From assembly GCA_017694945.1 (NCBI GenBank), contig JADIMA010000007.1, positions 1,722 through 65,721 on the forward strand: a stretch of 64,000 nucleotides of DNA, read 5' to 3'. The DNA comes from Candidatus Merdivivens pullicola (GTDB lineage: Bacteria > Bacteroidota > Bacteroidia > Bacteroidales > UBA932). Numbering within the stretch: the first letter of the stretch is position 1; each line of letters opens with the position of its first letter. A program made the position numbers and the translations under genes. The notes beneath the pieces were generated by a model. The model ran no database searches and was not told the DNA's origin. It saw only the letters and a program-made list of their open reading frames with translations. Of this stretch, positions 22,161 through 30,280 are shown one piece after another.

Positions 22161-23381
22161 ATGTTTGAAGTTAATAAGATAAGGGAAGAATTCCCCGCTT
22201 TGTCGGAGAAAGTCTATGGCAGGCAACTGGTTTATTTTGACAATGCAGCCACTTCACAGAAGCCGCGCAATGTCCTGGATGCCGTGTCGAGGCTTTCTGT
22301 AAAGTCGAATGCCAATATACATCGTGCCGTGCATCGTCTTGCCGATGATGCTACCGAGGCTTATGAGGCTTCGAGGGAAGCCGTCAGGAAGTTCATCGGC
22401 GCCCGTTCGGCAAAAGAGATTGTCTTTACTTCCGGTGCGACCGCCGGTATGAACCTTGTTGCTTCATCCTTTTGTGAACGTTTTGTTTCTCAAGGAGATA
22501 TAATACTTGTATCGGCTGTTGAGCACCATTCGAACATAGTCCCCTGGCAGTTGGCGGCCTTGCGCAAAGGCGCTTCATTGCGCGTAATTCCCGTCAATGA
22601 TGACGGAACCCTTGATATTTCTTCGCTTGACAGATTGCTGGACGGCCCGGTAAGGATTGTTGCAGTCACGCATATATCCAATGTGCTCGGCATCATCAAT
22701 CCTGTTGAAGAGATTGTAAAGGCGGCACATGAACGTTCAATACCGGTTTTAGTCGATGGCGCGCAAGGAATAGTCCATACAAGGCCCGATGTAAGGAAAA
22801 TAGGCTGCGACTTCTATGTGTTTTCCGGCCATAAGGTCTATGCCGCAACGGGTACTGGAGTGCTTTATGGCAGGGAAGAACTGCTTTCCGAAATGCCACC
22901 TTATATGGGTGGAGGCGAGATGGTCGGCAGGGTGACTTTCAATGAGACTACCTATGCTCCGCTGCCGTTGAAATTCGAAGCCGGCACCCCCAATTTTACC
23001 GGCCAGGCGACTTTTGCCCCTGCACTGGAAATGGCGGAAAAACTTCTCACCCCTGAGGCTGTGGAATATACGGAGGGGCTTGTGTCTTATATGTACGAAC
23101 GTCTTGCTGCTCATCCTGATATAGTGCTTTATGGACGGAAAAAAGAAGGCAGGATTCCACTGTTTTCATTTACGGTCAATAAGATACATCATGAGGACCT
23201 TGCTTTGATACTTGACAAGACAGGCATAGCGGTACGTTCCGGCCAGTTGTGCGCGGAACCTCTTATGGATCGTTTCGGGGTAACTGGAATGGTAAGGGCG
23301 TCCCTTTTGCCGTACAATACTATTGAAGAAATTGATTATTTTATGGATTCATTGGACAGAGCCATAAAAATGCTGGTTTAA
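22161..23381 (+). CDS. sufS: Cysteine desulfurase SufS
   Basis: PLP-lysine context FSGHKVY and catalytic Cys loop RSGQLCAEPL. The start is set to the ATG after the -7 box (MFEVNKIREEFP). Confidence 0.85.
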   Translation: MFEVNKIREEFPALSEKVYGRQLVYFDNAATSQKPRNVLDAVSRLSVKSNANIHRAVHRLADDATEAYEASREAVRKFIGARSAKEIVFTSGATAGMNLVASSFCERFVSQGDIILVSAVEHHSNIVPWQLAALRKGASLRVIPVNDDGTLDISSLDRLLDGPVRIVAVTHISNVLGIINPVEEIVKAAHERSIPVLVDGAQGIVHTRPDVRKIGCDFYVFSGHKVYAATGTGVLYGREELLSEMPPYMGGGEMVGRVTFNETTYAPLPLKFEAGTPNFTGQATFAPALEMAEKLLTPEAVEYTEGLVSYMYERLAAHPDIVLYGRKKEGRIPLFSFTVNKIHHEDLALILDKTGIAVRSGQLCAEPLMDRFGVTGMVRASLLPYNTIEEIDYFMDSLDRAIKMLV

Positions 23382-23391
23382 AATTTAAGTT

Positions 23392-23817
23392 ATGTCGGAA
23401 CAGTCTATAAAGACAGAAAATGAGATAGTGGAGGAGTTCGGCTATTTTGACGAATGGCTGGACAAATACGAGTATCTGATAGAACTCGGAAAGACACTCC
23501 CATCAATGTCCGAGTCGGCCAAGACGGATGACAGGCTGATAAAAGGCTGCCAGTCAAGAGTATGGCTGGATTACAGATTAGAAGACGGGAAACTGTTTTT
23601 TACGGCAGACAGCGATGCCATCATTACAAAGGGCATCATATCGCTGCTTATAAAAGTCTGCTCGGGCGAGACCCCGGAAAGCCTTGCCGCGTATGATTTC
23701 GGGTTTATAGAGAAAATAGGACTGAAAGACAATCTCTCACCGACACGTGCGAACGGACTGGTGTCGATGATAGCCCGTATTAAAGAAATTGCCGCCGAAA
23801 ACATCCACGGCGCATAA
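23392..23817 (+). CDS. sufE: Cysteine desulfuration protein SufE
   Basis: 141 aa. Acceptor Cys in the IKGCQSRVWL motif. Confidence 0.8.
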   Translation: MSEQSIKTENEIVEEFGYFDEWLDKYEYLIELGKTLPSMSESAKTDDRLIKGCQSRVWLDYRLEDGKLFFTADSDAIITKGIISLLIKVCSGETPESLAAYDFGFIEKIGLKDNLSPTRANGLVSMIARIKEIAAENIHGA

Positions 23818-23832
23818 CGGAGGTGTATAATA

Positions 23833-24135
23833 ATGAATTTGGAAAGGGATATAGTTAGGGCCTTGAGGCAGGTTTATGATCCGGACATACCGGTGAATGT
23901 CTATGACCTCGGTCTTATTTACGAAATAAAAGTCGATGACGACCACAATGTTTATGTAAAAATGACTCTTACATCGCCGACTTGTCCGATAGCCGATACT
24001 ATCATATCGGAAGTTGAATCTGCCGTAAGGGATGTCCCCGGTGTTGTTGATGTAAAGATAGATCTTGTATTTGAACCGCAGTGGGGCAAGGAGATGATGA
24101 GTGACGAGGCCCTTTCGGAACTCGGCCTTTTGTAA
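23833..24135 (+). CDS. DUF59 / SufT-like Fe-S cluster assembly protein
   Basis: 100 aa. VYDPDIPVNVYDLGLIY...MTLTSPTCP is typical of the DUF59 family. Confidence 0.7.
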   Translation: MNLERDIVRALRQVYDPDIPVNVYDLGLIYEIKVDDDHNVYVKMTLTSPTCPIADTIISEVESAVRDVPGVVDVKIDLVFEPQWGKEMMSDEALSELGLL

Positions 24136-24138
24136 ACG

Positions 24139-24720
24139 ATGTCAGCCATGTTTGAAGGTGATGCATATAATCCTGTGGTTTTCTTGTTGGGAAGCAATTC
24201 CGGCGACAGGAAGGATTTTCTGTTGCGCGCCTGTGACATGCTGGAAAAGGAGATATATTTTTCCGCTTTGATAGAGCAGCGCTGGGCGCGGAGCGTTCCT
24301 TTTGACATGGGAATCCACGTAAGCCGTCCGCGCGTATGGAAATCAAGTATCCGCGAGTACCCGGCATGGCCGGAAGGTTCCGACTTGCAGCCTTTTTTGA
24401 ACATGGCTCTTGTACTGCTCAGCGACAAGTCCCCCCAGGAACTTCTCACGATAGCGAAGAACACCGAGCAGAATCTCGGGAGGGATCTGACCCTGCCGCT
24501 CTATGATGAACACGGGGAAAGGATTTACCGGCCGCGCACGATAGACATAGACATTATTTTTTACGGCGGGCTGATATATCGGAGCGAAGATCTTGTCATT
24601 CCCCATCCGCTGTATCGTGAACGCCGTTTCGTGCTTGAACCGATAGCCGAAGCCGTTCCGGAGTACATAGATCCGGTGACCGGAAAGTCGGTGAGACAAT
24701 TGTTGAATGAATTAAAATAA
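24139..24720 (+). CDS. folK: 2-amino-4-hydroxy-6-hydroxymethyldihydropteridine diphosphokinase
   Basis: FLLGSNSGDR, QPFLN, PRTIDIDII and PHPLYRERRFVLEPI blocks. Relative to the E. coli FolK sequence I recall, it carries two extra internal segments. Confidence 0.7.
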   Translation: MSAMFEGDAYNPVVFLLGSNSGDRKDFLLRACDMLEKEIYFSALIEQRWARSVPFDMGIHVSRPRVWKSSIREYPAWPEGSDLQPFLNMALVLLSDKSPQELLTIAKNTEQNLGRDLTLPLYDEHGERIYRPRTIDIDIIFYGGLIYRSEDLVIPHPLYRERRFVLEPIAEAVPEYIDPVTGKSVRQLLNELK

Positions 24721-24730
24721 TTTTTCAGAT

Positions 24731-26275
24731 ATGACACAGGAAGAACTTTTTAAGAAACTCGTCGCTCACTGTAAGGAATATGGTTTCATTTTTCCTTCGA
24801 GCGAGATTTATGACGGACTCGGAGCGGTCTATGATTACGGACAGAACGGCGTCGAGTTGAAAAACAACATAAAGCGTTACTGGTGGGATTTCATGGTAAA
24901 ACTGCATGAAAACATCGTCGGTATCGATGCGGCAATATTCATGCACCCAAAAACGTGGGAGGCTTCCGGCCATTTGAGCGCGTTCAACGACCCTCTTATC
25001 GACAACAAGGATTCCAAGAAAAGGTATCGTGCAGATGTGCTTGTGGAGGATTATATAGGAAAACTGGAGGAAAAAATCGCCAAGGATGTCGAGAAGGGGC
25101 GTAAAAAATTCGGCGACGCCTTCAACGAGGAGCAGTTCCGCGCCACCAATCCGAATGTCCTCCGCAACCAGGGGAAAATCGACACTGTCCGCGCGCGCCT
25201 GGCAGAGGCATTGAATGCAAACGACCTGGACGGATTGCGCCAGCTTATATTGGACTGCGAGATAGTATGCCCTGTTTCAGGAACGAAAAACTGGACTGAG
25301 GTGCGTCAGTTCAATCTTATGTTTTCCACCCAGATAGGTTCGGTTGCCGAGGGTGCAAGCACCATCTATCTCCGTCCGGAGACGGCACAAGGCATTTTTG
25401 TCAACTTCCTCAATGTATATAAGACAGGCCGTATGAAACTTCCGTTCGGCATAGCACAGATCGGAAAGGCTTTCCGCAACGAGATTGTGGCCAGGCAGTT
25501 CATATTCCGTATGAGGGAGTTCGAACAGATGGAGATGCAGTTCTTCGTGCGTCCGGGTGAAGAAATGAAATGGTTTTCATACTGGAAGGAAATGCGCATG
25601 AAATGGCACAGGGCCCTCGGGTTCGGTGATGACAATTACAGGTTCCACGACCACGAGAAACTCGCCCATTATGCCAATGCCGCAACAGATATAGAGTTCA
25701 ACTTCCCGTTCGGCTTCAAAGAGGTTGAAGGCATACATTCGCGTACAGATTTCGACCTTGGCAACCATCAGCGCGTTTCAGGAAAGAAACTCCAGTATTT
25801 CGACCCTGAAACGAACGAAAGTTATGTGCCTTATGTGGTGGAGACTTCAATCGGAGTTGACCGCATGGTGCTTCAGGTGCTTTCCGCCGCATATTGCGAG
25901 GAGCAGTTGGAAAACGGTGAAATGCGCGATGTGCTCCGCATTCCTGCCGCCCTTGCCCCTGTAAAGGCCGCCGTACTTCCTCTTATCAAGAAGGACGGGC
26001 TTCCTGAGCAGGCTCAGAAGATAGTTGACGAACTCAAATACGATTTCAATGTGGCATATGACGAGAAAGACTCTATCGGAAAGAGGTACCGCCGTCAGGA
26101 CGCCATAGGAACTCCGCTGTGCATCACTGTTGACCACGACACCCTTAACGACGGCTGTGTTACAGTGCGCTACAGGGACACAATGCGGCAGGACAGGGTT
26201 CCGGTTTCCGAACTTCATGCCCTTGTGGAGAAAGAAGCCGGCTTCAAGGAACTGTATAAGAAGATAGGGCTGTAG
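24731..26275 (+). CDS. glyQS: Glycine--tRNA ligase (homodimeric class II)
   Basis: 514 aa. Class II motifs (FRNEIVARQFIFRMREFEQMEMQFF; GVDRMVL) and an anticodon-binding C-terminus. Confidence 0.9.
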   Translation: MTQEELFKKLVAHCKEYGFIFPSSEIYDGLGAVYDYGQNGVELKNNIKRYWWDFMVKLHENIVGIDAAIFMHPKTWEASGHLSAFNDPLIDNKDSKKRYRADVLVEDYIGKLEEKIAKDVEKGRKKFGDAFNEEQFRATNPNVLRNQGKIDTVRARLAEALNANDLDGLRQLILDCEIVCPVSGTKNWTEVRQFNLMFSTQIGSVAEGASTIYLRPETAQGIFVNFLNVYKTGRMKLPFGIAQIGKAFRNEIVARQFIFRMREFEQMEMQFFVRPGEEMKWFSYWKEMRMKWHRALGFGDDNYRFHDHEKLAHYANAATDIEFNFPFGFKEVEGIHSRTDFDLGNHQRVSGKKLQYFDPETNESYVPYVVETSIGVDRMVLQVLSAAYCEEQLENGEMRDVLRIPAALAPVKAAVLPLIKKDGLPEQAQKIVDELKYDFNVAYDEKDSIGKRYRRQDAIGTPLCITVDHDTLNDGCVTVRYRDTMRQDRVPVSELHALVEKEAGFKELYKKIGL

Positions 26276-26316
26276 GCGGTTCGGAATCAATAACCGGGTA
26301 CGCCACGCCTTCTTTG

Positions 26317-26512
26317 GGCCACGCCCCGACTTAATTTAAAAATGTCGCAATATATTGACATATAGTTAATTGCTATTGTAACAATATTTTATAGGTGTGG
26401 ATTCTGAGGGTTTAGGAAGCCCTTGAAATCCACACTTGTTTTTTGGGGTGCATGTTATTTGTTTTTGATTTACAATGGATTGTATAAACAAAAGTTAAGT
26501 CAGGGCGTGGCC
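26317..26512. repeat. Full-length copy (B) of a tRNA-Pro-like terminal-inverted-repeat element (196 bp)
   Basis: 18-nt TIRs GGCCACGCCCCGACTTAA (26317-26334) and TTAAGTCAGGGCGTGGCC (26495-26512), 17/18 complementary. Internal hairpin GTGTGGATT...AATCCACAC at 26395-26435. Confidence 0.75.
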
Positions 26513-26523
26513 TCGGGCGCACA

Positions 26524-26625
26524 GGCGTGCTTTCTGACCGTAAAAAGCACGGCTACCCCTCCCAGAATGCACTGCGGAACACATTGGCGTGCTTTCTGAC
26601 CGGAGAAGGCACGCCTCTGACCGTC
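26524..26625. repeat. Tandem REP-like hairpin repeats
   Basis: The 17-nt GGCGTGCTTTCTGACCG occurs perfectly at 26524-26540 and 26586-26602. Each copy seeds a hairpin (26526-26551 with an 8-bp stem; 26586-26615 with about a 12-bp stem). A third CTGACCG lies at 26618-26624. Confidence 0.65.
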
Positions 26626-26650
26626 CAAACGGGAATCCTTGGCACTTTTT

Positions 26651-26659
26651 CCCCCCCCC
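26651..26659. repeat. Homopolymeric C9 tract
   Basis: Nine consecutive C residues in the glyQS-mdh intergenic region. Confidence 0.9.
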
Positions 26660-26711
26660 GACAAGGGGTATTTTGGTATAATTGCCATTTTTAGTTGGTG
26701 ACAATGGCAAA

Positions 26712-26755
26712 AGAGACCGCCCAAAATCTCTTTTGGGGCGGCCTCTTTGTTTTAT
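26712..26755. terminator. Rho-independent terminator downstream of mdh (bidirectional hairpin)
   Basis: AGAGACCGCCC...GGGGCGGCCTCT is a GC-rich stem with T-runs on both strands. It lies 16 nt after the mdh stop. Confidence 0.7.
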
Positions 26756-26770
26756 GATTGATACTGGATA

Positions 26771-27766
26771 TTACAGGTTCGGATTGACTTTCTTCCAGTC
26801 TTCAACAGCCGGAATGATGCCGAGGCCGATGATTTCGTCACGCATCTTGCAGAGATGTTCGTATGACGCTTCAAGGGCAGCCATTTCTTCGGCAGTTCCT
26901 TCAGGAACCTTGAATGAAACTCCGTTGGCGTCGATAACGCTGTTCATTGCCATCATTACGTGGTGGTATTTTTCATTGTTGACATAACAGCCTGCAGGCC
27001 ATTCGAACTTCTTGCCGCCCATTGCTGCCGCAATCATCTCGATTGATACGTATGCAGGGCTCTGGAATGAAGAACGTCCCCTGAGGTCGATAATCTTCTT
27101 TCCGCCCTGGATTACGTTGCCTTTGATTTCTTCCCAGCGTGCTGCTGAAAGTTTGGTTCCGAGAAGTTCGCTGAAAGGAACGCCGTCAACGAGAACCCTT
27201 GATGCGAATACAGCCATCTGCTCGCCGTGTCCGCCGAAAGTGTGGCAGTTGGTAACCTTGCTCTGCTGTACTCCGAACTCTTTTGCGAGTGCGCTCTGCA
27301 GACGGGTAGAATCCAAAGCGGCAAGTGTGGTAACCTGATTAGGTTTCAGTCCTGAGTGGAGAAGTGTGACAAGTCCTGTCAAATCGGCAGGGTTGAATAT
27401 GATTACGACATGTTTGACATCCGGGCAGTATGCTTTGATGTCTTTACCGAGTTGTTCTGCTATTTCGCAATTGCCTTTAAGGAGGTCTTCACGTGTCATG
27501 CCGGCTTTACGAGGGGCTCCGCCTGATGATACTACATATTTCGCACCTGTGAGGGCTTCTTTCATATCTGTGGTGAAAGTGATGTTTGCGCCTTCAAAAG
27601 CACAGTGGAACATTTCTTCCGCAACTCCCTCAAGCCCTGTTGCAAACGGGTCGTAAAGGCAGATGTTAGGGGTCAGTCTCATCATCAAGGCAGTCTGTGC
27701 CATGTTTGATCCGATCATGCCGGCTGCACCGACGATGGTCAATTTCTCATTAGTCAGATAACTCAT
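26771..27766 (-). CDS. mdh: NAD-dependent malate dehydrogenase (LDH-like, Bacteroidota type)
   Basis: 331 aa. Rossmann motif VGAAGMIGS, with length and blocks matching Bacteroidales Mdh. Confidence 0.85.
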   Translation of the reverse strand: MSYLTNEKLTIVGAAGMIGSNMAQTALMMRLTPNICLYDPFATGLEGVAEEMFHCAFEGANITFTTDMKEALTGAKYVVSSGGAPRKAGMTREDLLKGNCEIAEQLGKDIKAYCPDVKHVVIIFNPADLTGLVTLLHSGLKPNQVTTLAALDSTRLQSALAKEFGVQQSKVTNCHTFGGHGEQMAVFASRVLVDGVPFSELLGTKLSAARWEEIKGNVIQGGKKIIDLRGRSSFQSPAYVSIEMIAAAMGGKKFEWPAGCYVNNEKYHHVMMAMNSVIDANGVSFKVPEGTAEEMAALEASYEHLCKMRDEIIGLGIIPAVEDWKKVNPNL

Positions 27767-27879
27767 AGTTTTGTTAATTTTATATGTTAATCAATTAAAA
27801 TTCAAATTTCCGTCCCCGACATATGCAAATTTCGTGCAACGGATTAAGATTTTGGTTTTTAAACAGTTTCTTATTCAAT

Positions 27880-28072
27880 GCGCCACACCCCGACTCAATT
27901 TTTATTTTTGTAACATATTACTGTTCAATGAGTAATGAAGGACAGTCCTGAAAATTACTGTGGATTTCAAGGAGGTTGAAATCTGTCAGAATCCACAGTG
28001 AAAAATTTTTATTATAGTGGCAATAAATTGACTGTCAAAGTGTAATAGCGAGGTTGGGTTAAGTCGGGGCGT
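27880..28072. repeat. Copy (C, inverted orientation) of the tRNA-Pro-like terminal-inverted-repeat element
   Basis: Left end GCGCCACACCCCGACTCAA and right end TTAAGTCGGGGCGT (28059-28072). The internal hairpin CTGTGGATT...AATCCACAG (27958-27998), when reverse-complemented, aligns with the hairpin of copy B (TGTGGATTCTGA-N14-CTTGAAATCCACA). Confidence 0.7.
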
Positions 28073-28106
28073 AAAAAAAAACGACTATCTGAAAATCAGA
28101 TAGTCG
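28073..28106 (-). terminator. Rho-independent terminator of tRNA-Pro
   Basis: Perfect 11-bp stem CGACTATCTGA / TCAGATAGTCG with a 3-nt loop, followed on the minus strand by a T9 run. Confidence 0.85.
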
Positions 28107-28117
28107 CCTTTCTTGTG

Positions 28118-28191
28118 TCGGGGTACTGTGACTCGAACACAGGACCCTCTGGTCCCAAACCAGATGCGCTAGCCAACTGCGCCACACCCCG
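28118..28191 (-). tRNA. tRNA-Pro (anticodon UGG)
   Basis: Hand-folded 74-nt cloverleaf. Acceptor stem CGGGGTG/TACCCCG, D stem GCGC/GCGC, anticodon stem TCTGG/CCAGA with loop TTTGGGA, T arm CTGTG-TTCGAGT-CACAG, discriminator A. CCA is not encoded. Confidence 0.9.
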
Positions 28192-28217
28192 AGTGATGTT
28201 TCTTCCGAAACGGACAG

Positions 28218-28225
28218 CAAAGGTA
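28218..28225 (-). promoter_or_regulatory. -7 promoter box TACCTTTG for tRNA-Pro
   Basis: Exact TAnnTTTG on the minus strand, 26 nt upstream of the mature tRNA 5' end. Confidence 0.45.
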
Positions 28226-28269
28226 TGCTGTTTTTCCCATATCTCCAAATTTTTAACGGAAAATTACAT

Positions 28270-28277
28270 TAACTTTG
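28270..28277 (+). promoter_or_regulatory. -7 promoter box TAACTTTG for the ABC ATPase gene
   Basis: Exact TAnnTTTG, 20 nt upstream of the ATG at 28298. Confidence 0.45.
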
Positions 28278-28297
28278 TCAAAAATCTTGAAAAGACC

Positions 28298-28948
28298 ATG
28301 ATTGAAGCATCCGGAATTGAAAAATCCTTCGGGCAGTTGAAAGTACTGAAAGGGGTTGACATAGTTGTAAACAAGGGTGAAGTAGTGTCCATAGTCGGTG
28401 CAAGCGGGGCGGGAAAATCAACCTTCCTGCAAATATTGGGTACTCTTCTTACGCCGGACAAGGGGTCGGTGTCAATCAACGGGAAGAACCTTTCAGGGCT
28501 TTCTTCGGGGCAGTTGGCGGATTTCAGAAACAGGGAAATAGGTTTTGTGTTCCAGGCCCATCACCTGCTTCCCGAATTTACGGCCAAGGAAAATGTGATG
28601 ATGCCGGCTCTCATAGCAGGTGAAACTTTTGCTTCATCTTCCAAAAGGGCTTTGCAGTTGCTGGACGAAGTGGGTCTTGCTGAAAGGGCCTCGCACAAGC
28701 CGTCGGAACTTTCGGGCGGGGAGCAGCAGAGGGTGGCGGTGGCCCGCGCCATAATGAACAATCCGTCGGTGCTGTTTGCGGACGAACCTTCTGGAAATCT
28801 TGACAGCAGGACAAAAGAAGAAATCCACGGACTGTTTTTCAAATTGAGGGAGCATTACGGGCAGACAATCCTGATAGTTACTCATGATTCAGGGCTGGCG
28901 GCAATGTGTGACAGGGCATTGGAGATGAAGGACGGAAAGTTTGTCTGA
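28298..28948 (+). CDS. ABC transporter ATP-binding protein (LolD/MacB-ATPase-like)
   Basis: Walker [10 protein letters not shown], signature [14 protein letters not shown] and Walker [12 protein letters not shown]. The start was moved from 28115, because the upstream part of that ORF is the reverse complement of tRNA-Pro. Confidence 0.8.
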   Translation: MIEASGIEKSFGQLKVLKGVDIVVNKGEVVSIVGASGAGKSTFLQILGTLLTPDKGSVSINGKNLSGLSSGQLADFRNREIGFVFQAHHLLPEFTAKENVMMPALIAGETFASSSKRALQLLDEVGLAERASHKPSELSGGEQQRVAVARAIMNNPSVLFADEPSGNLDSRTKEEIHGLFFKLREHYGQTILIVTHDSGLAAMCDRALEMKDGKFV

Positions 28949-28962
28949 GAGATTGGCGGCAC

Positions 28963-29709
28963 ATGGGAGTATTCAGATTCAAGGAGTTTGAAGTAAGAAA
29001 CGAGGTGTCGGCAATGAAAGTCAATACCGACTCTGTCCTTCTCGGGGTACTTTGTACTGTAAGAAAAGAGGACAGAAGGGTGCTTGACATAGGAACAGGT
29101 ACAGGTGCAGTAGCTTTGATTGTGGCTCAAAGACTCAACAGGGTTAAAGGAGGAGTTCCGCGAGGCAATGTCTTGTGTTCAGGCGATTGTATAACAGGAA
29201 TAGACATAGATGAAGGGGCGGCATCTGAAGCCGCGTTCAATTTCGGCGGTTCCCCGTGGGCGAATAACATGGAAACATTCCATTCGGCACTGGATGATTT
29301 TTCGGATGGCAGTTACGATCTTATTGTGTCGAATCCCCCATATTATGAAAACAGTATCCAGTCCCCCGTGGAGAGAAGGAGAGTTGCCAGGCACGCCGAT
29401 ACTTTATCGTATAGAGACATACTTTCCTATTCGGTCGGGAATCTGTCCCCGGATGGCAGGGTGGCTCTCATCCTGCCTGCTTCTGAAAAAATAGCAGTAT
29501 TGGGGGATGCGGCGGACAAAGGGCTTTATCTCAACAAGATAACCATGATAAAGACCGTCGAAGGGAAAACCTGCAGCAGAATGGTGGTTGAATTTTCCCG
29601 TTGCCGTAAGCCGCTGGAGTCCGAGGAATTACCGATATATGGCGCGGACGGATCTTATTCGGATGAATATATAAAAAAGACCTCAGAACTACTCGATTGT
29701 AAATTCTGA
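28963..29709 (+). CDS. tRNA (adenine-N6)-methyltransferase TrmN6/YfiC-like
   Basis: FRFKEFEV...MKVNTDSVLLG at the N-terminus, SAM motif DIGTGTGAVAL and catalytic SNPPYY. Confidence 0.65.
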   Translation: MGVFRFKEFEVRNEVSAMKVNTDSVLLGVLCTVRKEDRRVLDIGTGTGAVALIVAQRLNRVKGGVPRGNVLCSGDCITGIDIDEGAASEAAFNFGGSPWANNMETFHSALDDFSDGSYDLIVSNPPYYENSIQSPVERRRVARHADTLSYRDILSYSVGNLSPDGRVALILPASEKIAVLGDAADKGLYLNKITMIKTVEGKTCSRMVVEFSRCRKPLESEELPIYGADGSYSDEYIKKTSELLDCKF

Positions 29710-29795
29710 GGCCCAAAACTAACCACTAAAAAACCACTAACTATACTACAAAACGTATGAAAATACTGCATTAATCATGCCACGTTTCATATTTA

Positions 29796-30275
29796 TTAGT
29801 TTTTCTCTTTTAAACTTTTAAATTTTTTCATCATGAACCGTTCCTCGGTGATGAACAATTTCGCTGTTTTTCTTTCTGAAAGTACCTTGCTTATTTCCTC
29901 ATGAGTCTTTTTCCGCATATTGTCGCATTTTTCGGCCGCCTCGATATAGTTGTCAAGCAATGCTTTTATTTCGCTTTCGTCATCGCCGTTGTCAATTGAG
30001 GCCTCTAAAAGTTTCATGCAAGTCCGCGCTTCATGATGGTATTTTGCCCTTTCATCCTGCAATTGGTTGTAAACAGGCCAGAAAACCTGTGCTTCTTCAG
30101 GAGTGAGTTCGAGTTCGGAAGTGAAAAATGCTATTTTTTCGGCGAGAATCTTTTCTTTCCATTCCTTGTCTTCCCTGCATCCAGGGCCCGGATTGCCTGA
30201 AAATGCCGGAATGAGAGAAATGAAACTTAGGGCAACTGTCAGCAAAGATTTTTGTATAAACATGGTTTTCTTCAT
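29796..30275 (-). CDS. Periplasmic Spy/CpxP-like helical protein
   Basis: 159 aa. It has a signal peptide and a charged helical sequence. It is the third gene of an ECF sigma/anti-sigma trio, a common Bacteroidota arrangement (from memory). Confidence 0.4.
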   Translation of the reverse strand: MKKTMFIQKSLLTVALSFISLIPAFSGNPGPGCREDKEWKEKILAEKIAFFTSELELTPEEAQVFWPVYNQLQDERAKYHHEARTCMKLLEASIDNGDDESEIKALLDNYIEAAEKCDNMRKKTHEEISKVLSERKTAKLFITEERFMMKKFKSLKEKN

Positions 30276-30280
30276 ATTAT

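Noticed and set aside
26524-26625. Possible SRP (4.5S) RNA, because the reverse complement contains CCGGTCAGAAAGCACGCCAA, faintly like the GGUCAGG...GAAGCAGCCA domain IV motif.
   Set aside because: The resemblance is only partial. The motif is duplicated in tandem. There is no closing helix and no GNAR-type apical loop arrangement that I can fold by hand. I treat it as REP-like repeats pending a covariance-model scan.
26495-26724. Two overlapping minus-strand ORFs (71 and 74 aa) in the glyQS-mdh spacer.
   Set aside because: They run through the TIR, the REP-like hairpins and the poly-C tract. Their Gly/Arg/Cys-rich translations look like repeat read-through, and they lack a promoter box or family motif.
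27968-27976. Perfect Shine-Dalgarno-like AAGGAGG in repeat copy C, considered as a hidden small-ORF start.
   Set aside because: No ATG, GTG or TTG-initiated ORF of meaningful length follows within normal spacing. Bacteroidota generally do not rely on SD sequences. The motif forms the loop of a perfect 8-bp hairpin instead.
28115-28297. N-terminal 61 codons of the ORF-track call 28115-28948 ([26 protein letters not shown]...).
   Set aside because: This stretch is the reverse complement of tRNA-Pro and its promoter region. A -7 box at 28270-28277 and the ATG at 28298 give a normal-length ABC ATPase.
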